A stretch of DNA of 64,000 nt from Acidobacteriota bacterium (lineage in GTDB: Bacteria > Acidobacteriota > Polarisedimenticolia > J045): positions 12,749 to 76,748 of the forward strand of contig RFHH01000164.1 in the NCBI GenBank assembly GCA_003696075.1, given 5' to 3'. This document shows positions 34,496 to 43,954 of the stretch, piece after piece. Under the pieces are notes generated by a model. The model had not been told where the DNA came from. It saw only the letters and a program-made list of their open reading frames with translations, and did not search any database. The position numbers and the translations under genes were made by a program. How positions within the stretch are numbered: the stretch's first letter is position 1; each line of letters starts with the position of its first letter.

Positions 34496-36712
34496 GTGAA
34501 TCGGACGAGGATCGAGTCCTTCCGGCGCGCGTTGCGTCTCGATCGCCGGCGGTTCCTGGCCGGCACCGCCGTCACGATCGCGGCGGCGATCGCACCCGTG
34601 GCGGGTCAGACGCCGGTGAGCGGGCCGGCGGTCCTCGACCAGCCCGGCGAAACCTACGTCGTCACCGCCGATTTCACCGCCCCGGGCACGGCGTTCGTCA
34701 TCGCGGCCGACGACATCACCCTCGACCTCAACGGCCACACCGTCGTGTTCGGCGACGCTCCCGTGGTCCGCGTCCCGAACGCGGGCTTCGAGCAAGGCAG
34801 CGGCGCGACGCCGGCCGAGTGGGACCTGAGCGCGGCCCCGGGAGCGCGGCGCACCGCCCGCCAGTGGTACTGGGAGAACTGGGAACTCCATGTGGACATG
34901 ACGGCGTCGTCCGTCCAGACGCTGCGGTCGGCGCCGGTCACCCTGCCGGGCGACCAGACCTACATCGCCTTCGGTTGGGTCCGCGGAACGAGCAGCGACA
35001 GCGCCACGCTCCGGGTGCGGCGCACGTCGGACGGGGCCGTCGTCGCGGAGAGCAGCCGCACCGGCATCAACAGGGGCTTCGCCCTCGAGGCGCGCTTCAA
35101 ACCTGCGGCGGCGACCGAGGTCTACGTGGAGCTGGAACTGCACGGCTCGTCGGAGATGTGGTGCGACGAGATCGACATCAAGCCGGCGTTCCAGTACGGG
35201 GTGGCCAGCTACGATTGGCAGGATCCCGACCTGTTCCCCGACCTGCCGCCGGGCCAGGTGAAGCACGGAGCGAGACTCACGATCAAGAACGGCGTGCTGC
35301 GGCAGGGCCGCGCTCAGGCCGTCCGCTCGGCGGCGGTGAAGTCCAAGGGGCCCGACCTGACCATCACGGGTGTGACCCTCGAGACGAACTCCATCAACTC
35401 GAACACGCTCGATTACTACTGGGGCGGCGGACTCACGATCGAAAACTCCACGATCACCGCGACATCGCTCGGGGTGTTCAACCGCATGTCGCCGGTGGCC
35501 CTCGTGAACGCCACCCGCACCAAGGGCGACGTCGTTATCCGCAACAGCACGATCGAGGGCGGCGCCCAGCAGGGAATCGCGCTCTACCGCCGGTATGCGG
35601 AGAGCGGCTCCGGGTCGCGGATCTTGATCGAAAACAACACGATCAAGAACCACGAGAAAGTGACCAACGGGTACGGGATCGGGATGACGGGATGCCGGAA
35701 CTTCACCATTCGCAACAACGTCATCGCCCCCGTCTTCGGCAGAGGCCTCCTGATCGACACGGCCGGCACCGACGGTACCAACAGCGACGGTGAGATCTAC
35801 GGCAACACGATCAGCGTCAAGGAGAAAGCCAATCACGAGTTCGGCCCCGAGTCGCTGCAGGTGGCCGGCATCCGGCTGCGGACCTACCCGCCGAAGGGCA
35901 ACTTCCGGATCCACATCCACGACAACGAGATCACCGCGTACACGGACGAATCGCTCGTCTCCCAGGCCAACGGCATCACCGCGACGCTGCGGTCCTCCGG
36001 GGAGGACGTGGTCATCGAGAACAACGTCATCCGCTCCCAGGTGGTCGGCGCCGGCCGGACCGGACAGGCGTTGCTGTTCGAGGAGACGCTGGCCGTTTCG
36101 AACACCGTGGCCCGCAACAATGTTCTCGAGGGCAATCACACGATCGTCCGGTTCGGGGACTTCGACGGCAAGTCGACCAGCGGAATCCTCCTCGACGGCA
36201 ACACTCTCCGCCGCGGAACCCCTGCGCGAGCGGACTTCCGGAGCGTGCGCATCGGTTACTGGAACGGCACCGAGAGCGGCCTGGAGCTGCGCGACACGTC
36301 CTACGAATCGGGCGCCGACGTCGACGACATGGAGTTCATCGGCTCCGGAACCAAGGACGTGACCGTGAGCTGGTATCTGACCGTGAGGGTGACCGATGGG
36401 AGCGGAGCGCCCCTCGGCGGGGCCCAGGTGACGGTCACGGACGCCAGCGGCGGCACGACCACCGGAACGACCGGCTCCGACGGGACCTGGACCACGGCTC
36501 TTCCGGAATACCGGCGGGCCGGGGCCTCCGGCGCCGACCGAACCGAGTACAATCCTTACACCGTCACGGTCCGGTACGGCTCGGCATCGTCGACGCAGAA
36601 CGTGACTCTCGACCGCAGTCAAGCCGTCGATTTCGTCTTCGAAGACACCGGAGGCAACGCGCCTCCCAGCCCCGTGCGCAATAACCGGCGAGGGGACGTC
36701 GAGACGCCCTGA
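34496..36712 (+). CDS. Tat-secreted right-handed parallel beta-helix repeat protein (candidate polysaccharide lyase, hydrolase or epimerase)
   Basis: A twin-arginine signal (LDRRRFLAGTAVTIAAAIAPVAG) is followed by many PbH1-type repeats (ENNTIKNH, RNNVIAP, ENNVIRS, RNNVLEGN). The start is GTG at 34496, or alternatively 34448. Confidence 0.7.
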   Translation: MNRTRIESFRRALRLDRRRFLAGTAVTIAAAIAPVAGQTPVSGPAVLDQPGETYVVTADFTAPGTAFVIAADDITLDLNGHTVVFGDAPVVRVPNAGFEQGSGATPAEWDLSAAPGARRTARQWYWENWELHVDMTASSVQTLRSAPVTLPGDQTYIAFGWVRGTSSDSATLRVRRTSDGAVVAESSRTGINRGFALEARFKPAAATEVYVELELHGSSEMWCDEIDIKPAFQYGVASYDWQDPDLFPDLPPGQVKHGARLTIKNGVLRQGRAQAVRSAAVKSKGPDLTITGVTLETNSINSNTLDYYWGGGLTIENSTITATSLGVFNRMSPVALVNATRTKGDVVIRNSTIEGGAQQGIALYRRYAESGSGSRILIENNTIKNHEKVTNGYGIGMTGCRNFTIRNNVIAPVFGRGLLIDTAGTDGTNSDGEIYGNTISVKEKANHEFGPESLQVAGIRLRTYPPKGNFRIHIHDNEITAYTDESLVSQANGITATLRSSGEDVVIENNVIRSQVVGAGRTGQALLFEETLAVSNTVARNNVLEGNHTIVRFGDFDGKSTSGILLDGNTLRRGTPARADFRSVRIGYWNGTESGLELRDTSYESGADVDDMEFIGSGTKDVTVSWYLTVRVTDGSGAPLGGAQVTVTDASGGTTTGTTGSDGTWTTALPEYRRAGASGADRTEYNPYTVTVRYGSASSTQNVTLDRSQAVDFVFEDTGGNAPPSPVRNNRRGDVETP

Positions 36713-36876
36713 CGGGTGCCACGCGTCCGGGGAAACACCGCCGGTCGCACCGTTGGTTCACGAGGCGCGAGGCACTATGCTTGCCGTGCGGAACGGCGCC
36801 GGGTGAGCTCCGGCCGCGGGGCGCGGGAGCTCCGCGCCGGCCGGCGGAGGCGCGCGCGCCACGTCCTGGCGGACGA

Positions 36877-38259
36877 ATGACGACTCCTCAGCCGAAAGGC
36901 CGCATCGCCGCCGCCGTGGTCAGGGGAATCGTCGCCCCCCTGTGGGCGCGTTGGGAATCCTCGCCGTACCTCCGGGTGGCCCGCGAACTGGCCGGTCGCG
37001 AAGCGGAGGGCCTGGAATCCCGGCTCGCGCGGCAGTGGGAGCGGTTGAGGGAGATCGTCGCCCACGCCTACCGGGAAACCCCGTTCTATCGCCGCCGCTT
37101 CGACGAGATCGGCTTCGCCCCCGAGGACCTGCGGGAGTGGGACGACCTGCGCCGGCTCCCGGTGCTCCGCAAGTCGGACATCCAGCGTTCCGCGGCGGAG
37201 CTGCGGGCCAGGACCATCCCCGACGAGCGTACCGAGCCGAGGAAGACCTCGGGCTCGACCGGCTCGCCGCTCCGGTTGGTGGTCGACATCCCCTCGTCGC
37301 AGTGGAAACGGGGCGTGACCCTCTATCGGGACGGCTGGACCGGGTGGCGCCTCGGGGAGTGGCGTGCGGCGCTGTGGGGCAATCCCGAACATCTGGCCCA
37401 TTGGCGCGGGCGTCTTCGCAACCGCCTGCTCGAGAGGATGATCTTTCTCGACACTCTCAAGATGGACTCCGCCGAGGTCGCTGCCTTCGCTTCCCGCGTG
37501 CGAAAGATCGCTCCGACGCTCCTCTTCGGACACGCCCACAGCCTGTACCTGCTGGCGCGCGAATGGCGGAACGCGGGCTGGCCGACCTTCCGCCCGCGAG
37601 CCGTCCTCAGCACCGCCATGGTTCTCCACGAACACGAGCGGCGGCTCATCGGTGAGGTCTTCGAGTGCCCCGTCTTCGACCGCTACGGCTGTGAGGAGGT
37701 CAGCCTGATCGCGAGCGAATGCGAGGCCCACAGCGGCTTGCACGTGAACACCGACACCCTGGTCGTGGAGGTCGTCGACGCCGACGGGCGGCCGGCGGGG
37801 CCCGGCGTTCCCGGGAGGGTCCTCGTGACCGACCTGACCAATCGCGCCATGCCGGTGATCCGGTACGAAGTCGGGGACATGGCGGTCCCGGCGGCAGGAT
37901 CTTGCCCCTGCGGCCGGAGCTATCCGCTCCTCTCCCGCATCGCTGGCCGCGTGGCCGACTACCTTGTCACGCCCGAAGGCGAACTGATCTCCGGGATCTC
38001 CCTCACGGAGAACTTCGCCAACATGGTGCCCGGGATCGAGCAGATGCAGATCGTGCAAGACCGGCGGGATCACCTCCGGATCCGGGTGGTCCCGGCGCCG
38101 TCGTTCGGCGAAGGGTCGGTCTCGACGATCGCCGAGTTGGTGCGGCGGCGGTTCGGAGATCGCATGCGTTTCGACCTCGAGAAGGTCGGACGGATCGCGC
38201 CCACCCCCGGCGGCAAGTATCGCTTCACCATCCGGGAGATTCCTCTCGACGATGCCTGA
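36877..38259 (+). CDS. Phenylacetate-CoA ligase-like (CapK / F390-synthetase-like) adenylate-forming enzyme
   Basis: The motifs RKTSGSTGSPL (AMP-binding P-loop), RYEVGD and PGGKYRF are characteristic of the PaaK/CapK family. Confidence 0.75.
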   Translation: MTTPQPKGRIAAAVVRGIVAPLWARWESSPYLRVARELAGREAEGLESRLARQWERLREIVAHAYRETPFYRRRFDEIGFAPEDLREWDDLRRLPVLRKSDIQRSAAELRARTIPDERTEPRKTSGSTGSPLRLVVDIPSSQWKRGVTLYRDGWTGWRLGEWRAALWGNPEHLAHWRGRLRNRLLERMIFLDTLKMDSAEVAAFASRVRKIAPTLLFGHAHSLYLLAREWRNAGWPTFRPRAVLSTAMVLHEHERRLIGEVFECPVFDRYGCEEVSLIASECEAHSGLHVNTDTLVVEVVDADGRPAGPGVPGRVLVTDLTNRAMPVIRYEVGDMAVPAAGSCPCGRSYPLLSRIAGRVADYLVTPEGELISGISLTENFANMVPGIEQMQIVQDRRDHLRIRVVPAPSFGEGSVSTIAELVRRRFGDRMRFDLEKVGRIAPTPGGKYRFTIREIPLDDA

Positions 38260-39787
38260 TCGGCCCGCGGCGCCGCGCGCGCCCTCGGAAAACTCCCCGG
38301 GACCCTCCCGGGCCGCCCGCGAGACGGCCACGATCGCGCGGCACGCCGCCGTGTACGGCCTGGCGAACGTTCTCAACCGCGCCGTGGCCTTTCTGATGCT
38401 ACCCGTCTACACGCGGTTCCTGACGCCGGCCGACTACGGCACCCTCGAGATCCTCTACCTGCTGACGGCCGTGCTGGCGATCCTGCTGGGGATCGGGGTC
38501 GGCGACGTCGTGATCCGCTTCTACGTCGAGGGACGATCCGAGCGGGAGAGATTCCATACGGTGGCGACGGTGTTCTGCGGCCTGGCCCTCGTCAGCGCCG
38601 CACCGATCGGAGCCGCCGCCGCGGGAAGCCCGGCGCTGGCCCGGGCGATCCTCGACGACGCCGGCAAGTCCGGACTGGTCCTCCTCGCCCTCGGCGGGCT
38701 CTACTTCGATCTCCTGCTCGCCGTGTGGCTGAGCTACCTGCGCGCCTCCCAGAGGAGCGTCGCGCTGTTGACGGTGGCATCGGCGCGGCTCGGGCTGAAC
38801 GTCGTCCTCAACGTCTGGCTTCTCGTCTCGGGGTGGAAGGTCGCCGCGATCCTCACCTCGACACTCGCCACCAACATCGTTCTGGTAGCGGTGCTCTCGG
38901 CGATCTTCTTCCTGCGGTGGGGGTTGACGCCACACTGGCGGCTCGTGCCGCAGATGCTTCGCTTCGGGCTTCCGCTGATACCCTCCAACCTCGCCTCGTA
39001 CATTCTCGTCGCCGCGGATCGCTACCTTTTGAAGGAATTCCGCTCCTTCGCGGATGCCGGTCTCTATGCGCTGGGCTACAAGCTCGGAAGCGTCATCCAC
39101 GAGTTCGTCACGGTCCCCTTCCGGCAGATCTGGGCGCCGCGGCGGCTGGACAACTGGGGACCCGAGGCCGAGGGCCTCTACGGCCGGATCTTCTCCTACT
39201 TCACCGCGCTCCTCGCCTGGGCCGCCCTCGCCGCATCCGTTCTGGCGACCGACGTGGTGCGGCTCGCAGCCAGCGATCCCGCATACTGGCCGGCGGCCCG
39301 GGTGGTGCCGCTGGTGGCCTGCGCCCACGTGCTGATGGGCCTTTACTACCACTTCGACATCAACGTTCTGGCCCGGCGCCGGACCGAGTACCTCATGCTG
39401 GTGAACGGCGCGAGCGCCGTGTTCAACATCGGGGCCAACCTCTTTCTGATTCCGCGCTATGGGGCCATGGGGGCGGCGGGGGCCACCGTGGCCACCTATG
39501 CGGTCCGATCCGGCCTCGTCTTTTTCATCTCGCGCGCGCTCGGCCCGCTGTCGTTCTCCTGGCTGCGCTTCGCCCACCTCGCGGCCTCCGCAACGGCGGT
39601 GTGGTGGGTCGCCGAGCGGATGATTCGGGGCCACGGAATCGGCTCGGTGGCGCTTCGCCTCCTCGCCGTCGCCTCGCTCCCCCTTTTGCTGGCGGCGACC
39701 GGTTACGTGCGGGCCGGAGATGCGAAACGCGCGCTGGCGCTGTGGCGCGCGCGGCGGGCCGCCCCCGCGGGGTCCGGGGAGGGCTGA
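38252..39787 (+). CDS. Wzx-like polysaccharide flippase (MOP superfamily)
   Basis: The 511-aa polytopic protein has the N-terminal motif ATIARHAAVYGLANVLNRAVAFLMLPVYTRFLTPADYG and the C-terminal FLIPRYGAMGAAGATV. The gene overlaps the upstream stop by 8 nt. Confidence 0.75.
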   Translation: MPDRPAAPRAPSENSPGPSRAARETATIARHAAVYGLANVLNRAVAFLMLPVYTRFLTPADYGTLEILYLLTAVLAILLGIGVGDVVIRFYVEGRSERERFHTVATVFCGLALVSAAPIGAAAAGSPALARAILDDAGKSGLVLLALGGLYFDLLLAVWLSYLRASQRSVALLTVASARLGLNVVLNVWLLVSGWKVAAILTSTLATNIVLVAVLSAIFFLRWGLTPHWRLVPQMLRFGLPLIPSNLASYILVAADRYLLKEFRSFADAGLYALGYKLGSVIHEFVTVPFRQIWAPRRLDNWGPEAEGLYGRIFSYFTALLAWAALAASVLATDVVRLAASDPAYWPAARVVPLVACAHVLMGLYYHFDINVLARRRTEYLMLVNGASAVFNIGANLFLIPRYGAMGAAGATVATYAVRSGLVFFISRALGPLSFSWLRFAHLAASATAVWWVAERMIRGHGIGSVALRLLAVASLPLLLAATGYVRAGDAKRALALWRARRAAPAGSGEG

Positions 39788-39865
39788 TCCGGCGGCCCTT
39801 GCCCGCCCTCCCGCCGCTGCCGAATATTGCCGGGGGGGCCGCGGCCCGATTCCGGAGGGTGGGCG

Positions 39866-41029
39866 TTGTCGAAGGGGCCGGCGTCACCGAGACCGGACGT
39901 GATCCTGCTGGCCGGGACGCGCCCGGAAGTGATCAAGCTCGCTCCGGTGCTGTGGTCGCTGCGGCGGCTGTCTCGCTCCGTTCGAGCCTCCTTCGTCCTC
40001 ACCGGCCAGCATCACGACCTCGTCGCCCCCCTGCTCGGGCCGCTCGGGATCACCCCGGAAGCGGACCTCGGGGTCATGACGGAGGGCCAGCGGCCCACCG
40101 AGGTGCTGTCCGCGATCCTGGCCGGCCTGGCCCCCCTGCTCCGGAGCCGCCGCCCCTCGCTCCTCGTCGTGCAGGGAGACACCACCTCGGCCTTCGCCGG
40201 CGCGGTGGCCGGCTACTACGAGAGGATCCCGGTGGCCCATGTCGAGGCGGGGCTGCGGTCGGGGAACGACGACCACCCGTTCCCGGAGGAGATGCAGCGT
40301 TCCCTCATCACGCGGCTGGCGACGATTCACTTCGCTCCGACCGCCGGGAACGCCGAGAGGCTCGTCGCGGAGGGGGTGCCGCGCGAGGCGGTGCTGGTCA
40401 CCGGCAATCCGGTCGTCTCCGCGCTCGACGCGGTGCTCGAGCGCTTTCCACCGTCGCCGGCGGTCCAGGACCTGGTCGCGGAGGCGGAGGGGCGCAAACT
40501 CCTTCTCGTCACCACCCACCGGCGGGAGAGCTTCGGCCGCGTGATGCGGGAGCGACTGGCCTGCCTGCGGGAGTTCGTGGACCGGCACCCGGACGTCGTC
40601 CTGATCCTGCCGGTGCACCCGAACCCCGAGGTCCGGCGCGCGGTGCGGGAAGCGCTAGCCGGAGCCCCGCGGTGCCGGACCATCGATCCGGTGCCGTATC
40701 CCGATTTCCTGCACCTCGCGAGGCACGCCTGGCTCATCGTCAGCGACTCGGGAGGGATCCAGGAAGAGGCGCCGTCGTTGGGCGTGCCTCTCCTGGTGAT
40801 CCGGGAACACACGGAAAGACCGGAAGCCGTCAGCAGCGGTCACGCGAGGCTCATCGGCGGCGGCACCGAGCCGCTGCGCCGGGCGCTGGAGTCGGCCCAT
40901 GCGGAAGGCTGGCGGCCGGAGCCGGCGCCGGGGGCGAATCCCTTCGGCCGGCCGGACAGCGCCGAGGCGATCGCCCGTGCTATCGTCCGGTTCCTCGAAA
41001 CGGGAACCCTCGGGGAAGCGGGGCGATGA
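39866..41029 (+). CDS. wecB: UDP-N-acetylglucosamine 2-epimerase (non-hydrolysing)
   Basis: The motifs LAGTRPEVIKLAPV, VQGDTTS and HVEAGLRS are present. A TTG start at 39866 lies 6 nt after GGAGGG; the track ORF starts at 39827. Confidence 0.8.
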   Translation: MSKGPASPRPDVILLAGTRPEVIKLAPVLWSLRRLSRSVRASFVLTGQHHDLVAPLLGPLGITPEADLGVMTEGQRPTEVLSAILAGLAPLLRSRRPSLLVVQGDTTSAFAGAVAGYYERIPVAHVEAGLRSGNDDHPFPEEMQRSLITRLATIHFAPTAGNAERLVAEGVPREAVLVTGNPVVSALDAVLERFPPSPAVQDLVAEAEGRKLLLVTTHRRESFGRVMRERLACLREFVDRHPDVVLILPVHPNPEVRRAVREALAGAPRCRTIDPVPYPDFLHLARHAWLIVSDSGGIQEEAPSLGVPLLVIREHTERPEAVSSGHARLIGGGTEPLRRALESAHAEGWRPEPAPGANPFGRPDSAEAIARAIVRFLETGTLGEAGR

Positions 41030-42801
41030 AGGGAAGCGCGGTGGACGGTGGCGGTGGAGGCGCGGACGTCCTCCTCACGGTGGCCGTCGAGGAGTACTTC
41101 CAGGTCCAGGCCCTGCGCGCTTACATCCCGGCCAGCCGGTGGGATCGCTTCGAGTCGCGCGTCCGGCGCAACACCGAGAGAACCCTCGAACTCCTCGAAT
41201 CGGTGGGTGCCACGGCGACGTTTTTCGTCTCGGGATGGATCGCGGAGCGGCATCCGGCCGTCGTCCGCGAGGTCGCGGAGGCAGGCCACGAGGTAGCGTG
41301 CCTCGGGTACGATCACCGTCCCCTGCGGGAATTCGACGCCGCAGGCTTCCGCGCCGACGTCCGGAAGGGGAAGGCCGCCGTCGAGCAGGCGTCCGGTCGG
41401 GAGGCCATCGGCTACCGAATCCCCCACGGTTGGTTCGGCCCTGCGGACCTCTGGGCGCTCGACATCCTCGCCGAGGAGGGATTCCTCTACGACTCCAGCC
41501 TGTGCCCGGCGTTCAGGCGGTTCGCGGACGAGCCCTGGCGGCGCTTCATCCACGCCATCGAGCGGGGAGAAAGGCGCCTGATCGAGGTCCCGCCCGGAAC
41601 GGTCCGGCTCGCCGGCTTGGACTGGCCGATCGCCGGGGGCAACTACCTGCGCCAACTGCCGCGCGCCTGGCTGCGCTTCGGGATGGCCGCCTGGCGGCGT
41701 TCCACGACACAGCCCTTCGTGATGTACTTCCATGTCTGGGACCTCGACCCCGACCAGCCGCGCATCACCGCCGCGGGCTGGCTGCCCCGCCTGCGCCAGT
41801 ACCGGAACCTGCACCGCATGCGGGACTTTCTGCAACGGCACCTGGAAGGCGCCACGGCCACGAGCATCGCGGAGCACCTGCGCATGGCCGCCGGACGCCG
41901 CACCTTCGCCGAGCCCGCGGCCAGGCCGGCGGCCCGGCCCGCCGCGGCGGCGCGGGAAGAACGCCCGGCCGAGCGGGTCACGGTGGTGGTGCCCTGCTAC
42001 AACGAGGAGGCGGTCCTCCCTTACCTCGCCCAGACCCTCGCCAGCGTTCGGAAGGCCTACCGCGGCCGGTACCGGTTGTCCTTCGTCTTCGTCGACGACG
42101 CCAGCACCGATCGCACCTGGGAGGTTCTGCAGTCGCTCTTCGGCGGGAGCGACGACTGCCGGCTCCTCCGGCACGACACCAACCGCGGCGTCGCGGCCGC
42201 GGTGCTCACCGGGTTGCGCAACGCGGACACCGAACTGGTCGTGTCGATCGATTGCGACTGCAGTTACGATCCGCACGAGATCGGGCGCCTTCTCGATCGC
42301 CTGCGCCCCGGCGTGGCCCTGGTCACCGCCTCCCCGTATCACCTCCTGGGCGAAGTGCGGAACGTCCCGGGCTGGCGGCTCTTCCTGTCGCGGTCGCTGT
42401 CGCGCCTGTACCGGGCGCTGTTCCGGCAGAAACTGCACACCTACACCAGCTGTTTCAGGGCCTACAGGAGGTCGCTGGTCCTTCCGCTGGAACTCGAGCG
42501 GGGGGACTTCATGGGCATGACCGAGATGTTGGTGCGTCTCGATCTGCGGGGCGCCCGACTCGCCGAGGTGCCGGCGGTCCTCGAAGCGCGCCTGCTGGGA
42601 CACTCGAAGCTGCGCGCGCTCCCGACGATCCTGCGCCATCTGGCGCTCCTGGCCCAGTTGGTCTGGTGGAAACTGACACGCCGCGCCGGCAAGGGACCCG
42701 CTCCCGGCGGCGAGGCCGAGGAGATTTCCTATGAGCGAAGCGAGCCCGCCCCCACGGGTGCTCCCGAGCGACCAGAACGCCAGCGGAAGGTCGTTCGGTG
42801 A
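41026..42801 (+). CDS. Fusion protein: XrtA-type polysaccharide deacetylase (DUF3473-like) N-terminal domain plus GT2 glycosyltransferase C-terminal domain
   Basis: The N-terminal domain (LLTVAVEEYFQVQALRAY...ATFFVSGWIAERHPAVVREVAEAGHEVACLGYDH) is paralogous to 28351-29343. The C-terminal domain (VTVVVPCYNEE...VFVDDASTDRT...SIDCDCSYDP) is DPM1-like GT2. ATGA overlaps wecB. Confidence 0.75.
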   Translation: MKGSAVDGGGGGADVLLTVAVEEYFQVQALRAYIPASRWDRFESRVRRNTERTLELLESVGATATFFVSGWIAERHPAVVREVAEAGHEVACLGYDHRPLREFDAAGFRADVRKGKAAVEQASGREAIGYRIPHGWFGPADLWALDILAEEGFLYDSSLCPAFRRFADEPWRRFIHAIERGERRLIEVPPGTVRLAGLDWPIAGGNYLRQLPRAWLRFGMAAWRRSTTQPFVMYFHVWDLDPDQPRITAAGWLPRLRQYRNLHRMRDFLQRHLEGATATSIAEHLRMAAGRRTFAEPAARPAARPAAAAREERPAERVTVVVPCYNEEAVLPYLAQTLASVRKAYRGRYRLSFVFVDDASTDRTWEVLQSLFGGSDDCRLLRHDTNRGVAAAVLTGLRNADTELVVSIDCDCSYDPHEIGRLLDRLRPGVALVTASPYHLLGEVRNVPGWRLFLSRSLSRLYRALFRQKLHTYTSCFRAYRRSLVLPLELERGDFMGMTEMLVRLDLRGARLAEVPAVLEARLLGHSKLRALPTILRHLALLAQLVWWKLTRRAGKGPAPGGEAEEISYERSEPAPTGAPERPERQRKVVR

Positions 42802-43954
42802 GGAGGAGAGGAAAGCGCTCGCCGAGGTGCTGGCGGCCGGAACCCTGATCTCCACCAAGGGGTCGGTGGTCAAAGAGTTCGAGTCGGAATTCGCCGCCTG
42901 GCTCGGCGTCCGGCACGCCGTGGCCTGCTCCTCGGGCACCGCGGCGGTGCACACGGCGCTGGCCGCGCTCGATCTGGAACCGGGTGACGAGGTGATCACC
43001 ACCCCGATCACCGACATGGGCGCGTTGACTCCGATCCTCTACCAAGGGCTGATCCCGGTTTTCGCCGACGTCGATCCGAGCACCGGGCTTCTCGATCCCG
43101 CCAGCGTGGAGGACCGGATCGGCCCGCGCACCCGGGCGGTGATCGCCACCCATCTGTTCGGGCATCCCGGCTCGGCGGAACCCCTGGCCCGCGTCGCCGC
43201 CGATCGCGGCCTCGCCCTGATCGAGGACTGCGCCCAGGCCTACGGAGCGAGCACGCGGGGACGGAAGGTGGGCACCTTCGGGGCCCTCGCCTGCTTCAGC
43301 CTCCAGCAGGGGAAGCACATCACGTGCGGCGAAGGGGGCCTGGTCGTGACCGGCGACGACAGGCTCGCCCGCCGGTGCCGCCTGTTCGTGAACAAGGCGT
43401 GGCCCTACGGAGAGCCGGATCCCGACCACGAGTTCCTCGCGCCCAACTACCGCATGACGGAGCTTCAGGGAGCAGTGGCGCTGGCGCAGCTACGGAAGCT
43501 CGACCGCCTGCTCGACGCGCGCACCGAGACCGCCGAGGCGTTCTGCCGGAGCGCCCGCAATCTCCGGGGGGTGGCCGCACCGGTCCTCGGGCCGGAAGAC
43601 CGGCACGCCTACTGGCGCATCCCGCTCACCGTTTCCGGGGACGCGACGCGGCGCTCTCTGAAGGAGGTCGCGCGGGACCTGCAACGGGCGGGCATCGCGG
43701 CGAGCGCCGGCTACACGGGGCGGCCGGCGTTCGCCTGCCGTCTGTTTCGCGAGCAGGCGACTTTCGGCCGCAGCCGCTATCCCTTCACCCTGGCCCGACC
43801 GGAGGCGGTCGACTACCGCCCGGAGCGCTTTCCCGGCACCATGGAGTTCATCCGGCGCGTCCTCGTGATCGGTTGGAACGAGCGCATGGACCACGAGGAC
43901 ACCCGGTATGTCCTCGAGCGCCTGGAGGAGGCGCTCGGCCAGGGGGGCCGATGA
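42731..43954 (+). CDS. DegT/DnrJ/EryC1/StrS-family sugar aminotransferase (WbpE-like)
   Basis: The PLP-fold motifs CSSGTAAVHTALAAL, DMGAL and FSLQQGKHITCGEGG are present. The 5' end overlaps the previous gene by 70 nt; the true start may be the GTG at 42758. Confidence 0.75.
   Translation: MSEASPPPRVLPSDQNASGRSFGEEERKALAEVLAAGTLISTKGSVVKEFESEFAAWLGVRHAVACSSGTAAVHTALAALDLEPGDEVITTPITDMGALTPILYQGLIPVFADVDPSTGLLDPASVEDRIGPRTRAVIATHLFGHPGSAEPLARVAADRGLALIEDCAQAYGASTRGRKVGTFGALACFSLQQGKHITCGEGGLVVTGDDRLARRCRLFVNKAWPYGEPDPDHEFLAPNYRMTELQGAVALAQLRKLDRLLDARTETAEAFCRSARNLRGVAAPVLGPEDRHAYWRIPLTVSGDATRRSLKEVARDLQRAGIAASAGYTGRPAFACRLFREQATFGRSRYPFTLARPEAVDYRPERFPGTMEFIRRVLVIGWNERMDHEDTRYVLERLEEALGQGGR

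Noticed and set aside
38725-42801. A 1358-aa plus-strand ORF spanning the flippase, wecB and the deacetylase-GT2 gene
   Set aside because: The N-terminal 770 aa are out-of-frame shadow of the Wzx and WecB genes, rich in Arg, Gly and Pro. The genuine protein begins at the ATG at 41026, which overlaps the wecB stop.
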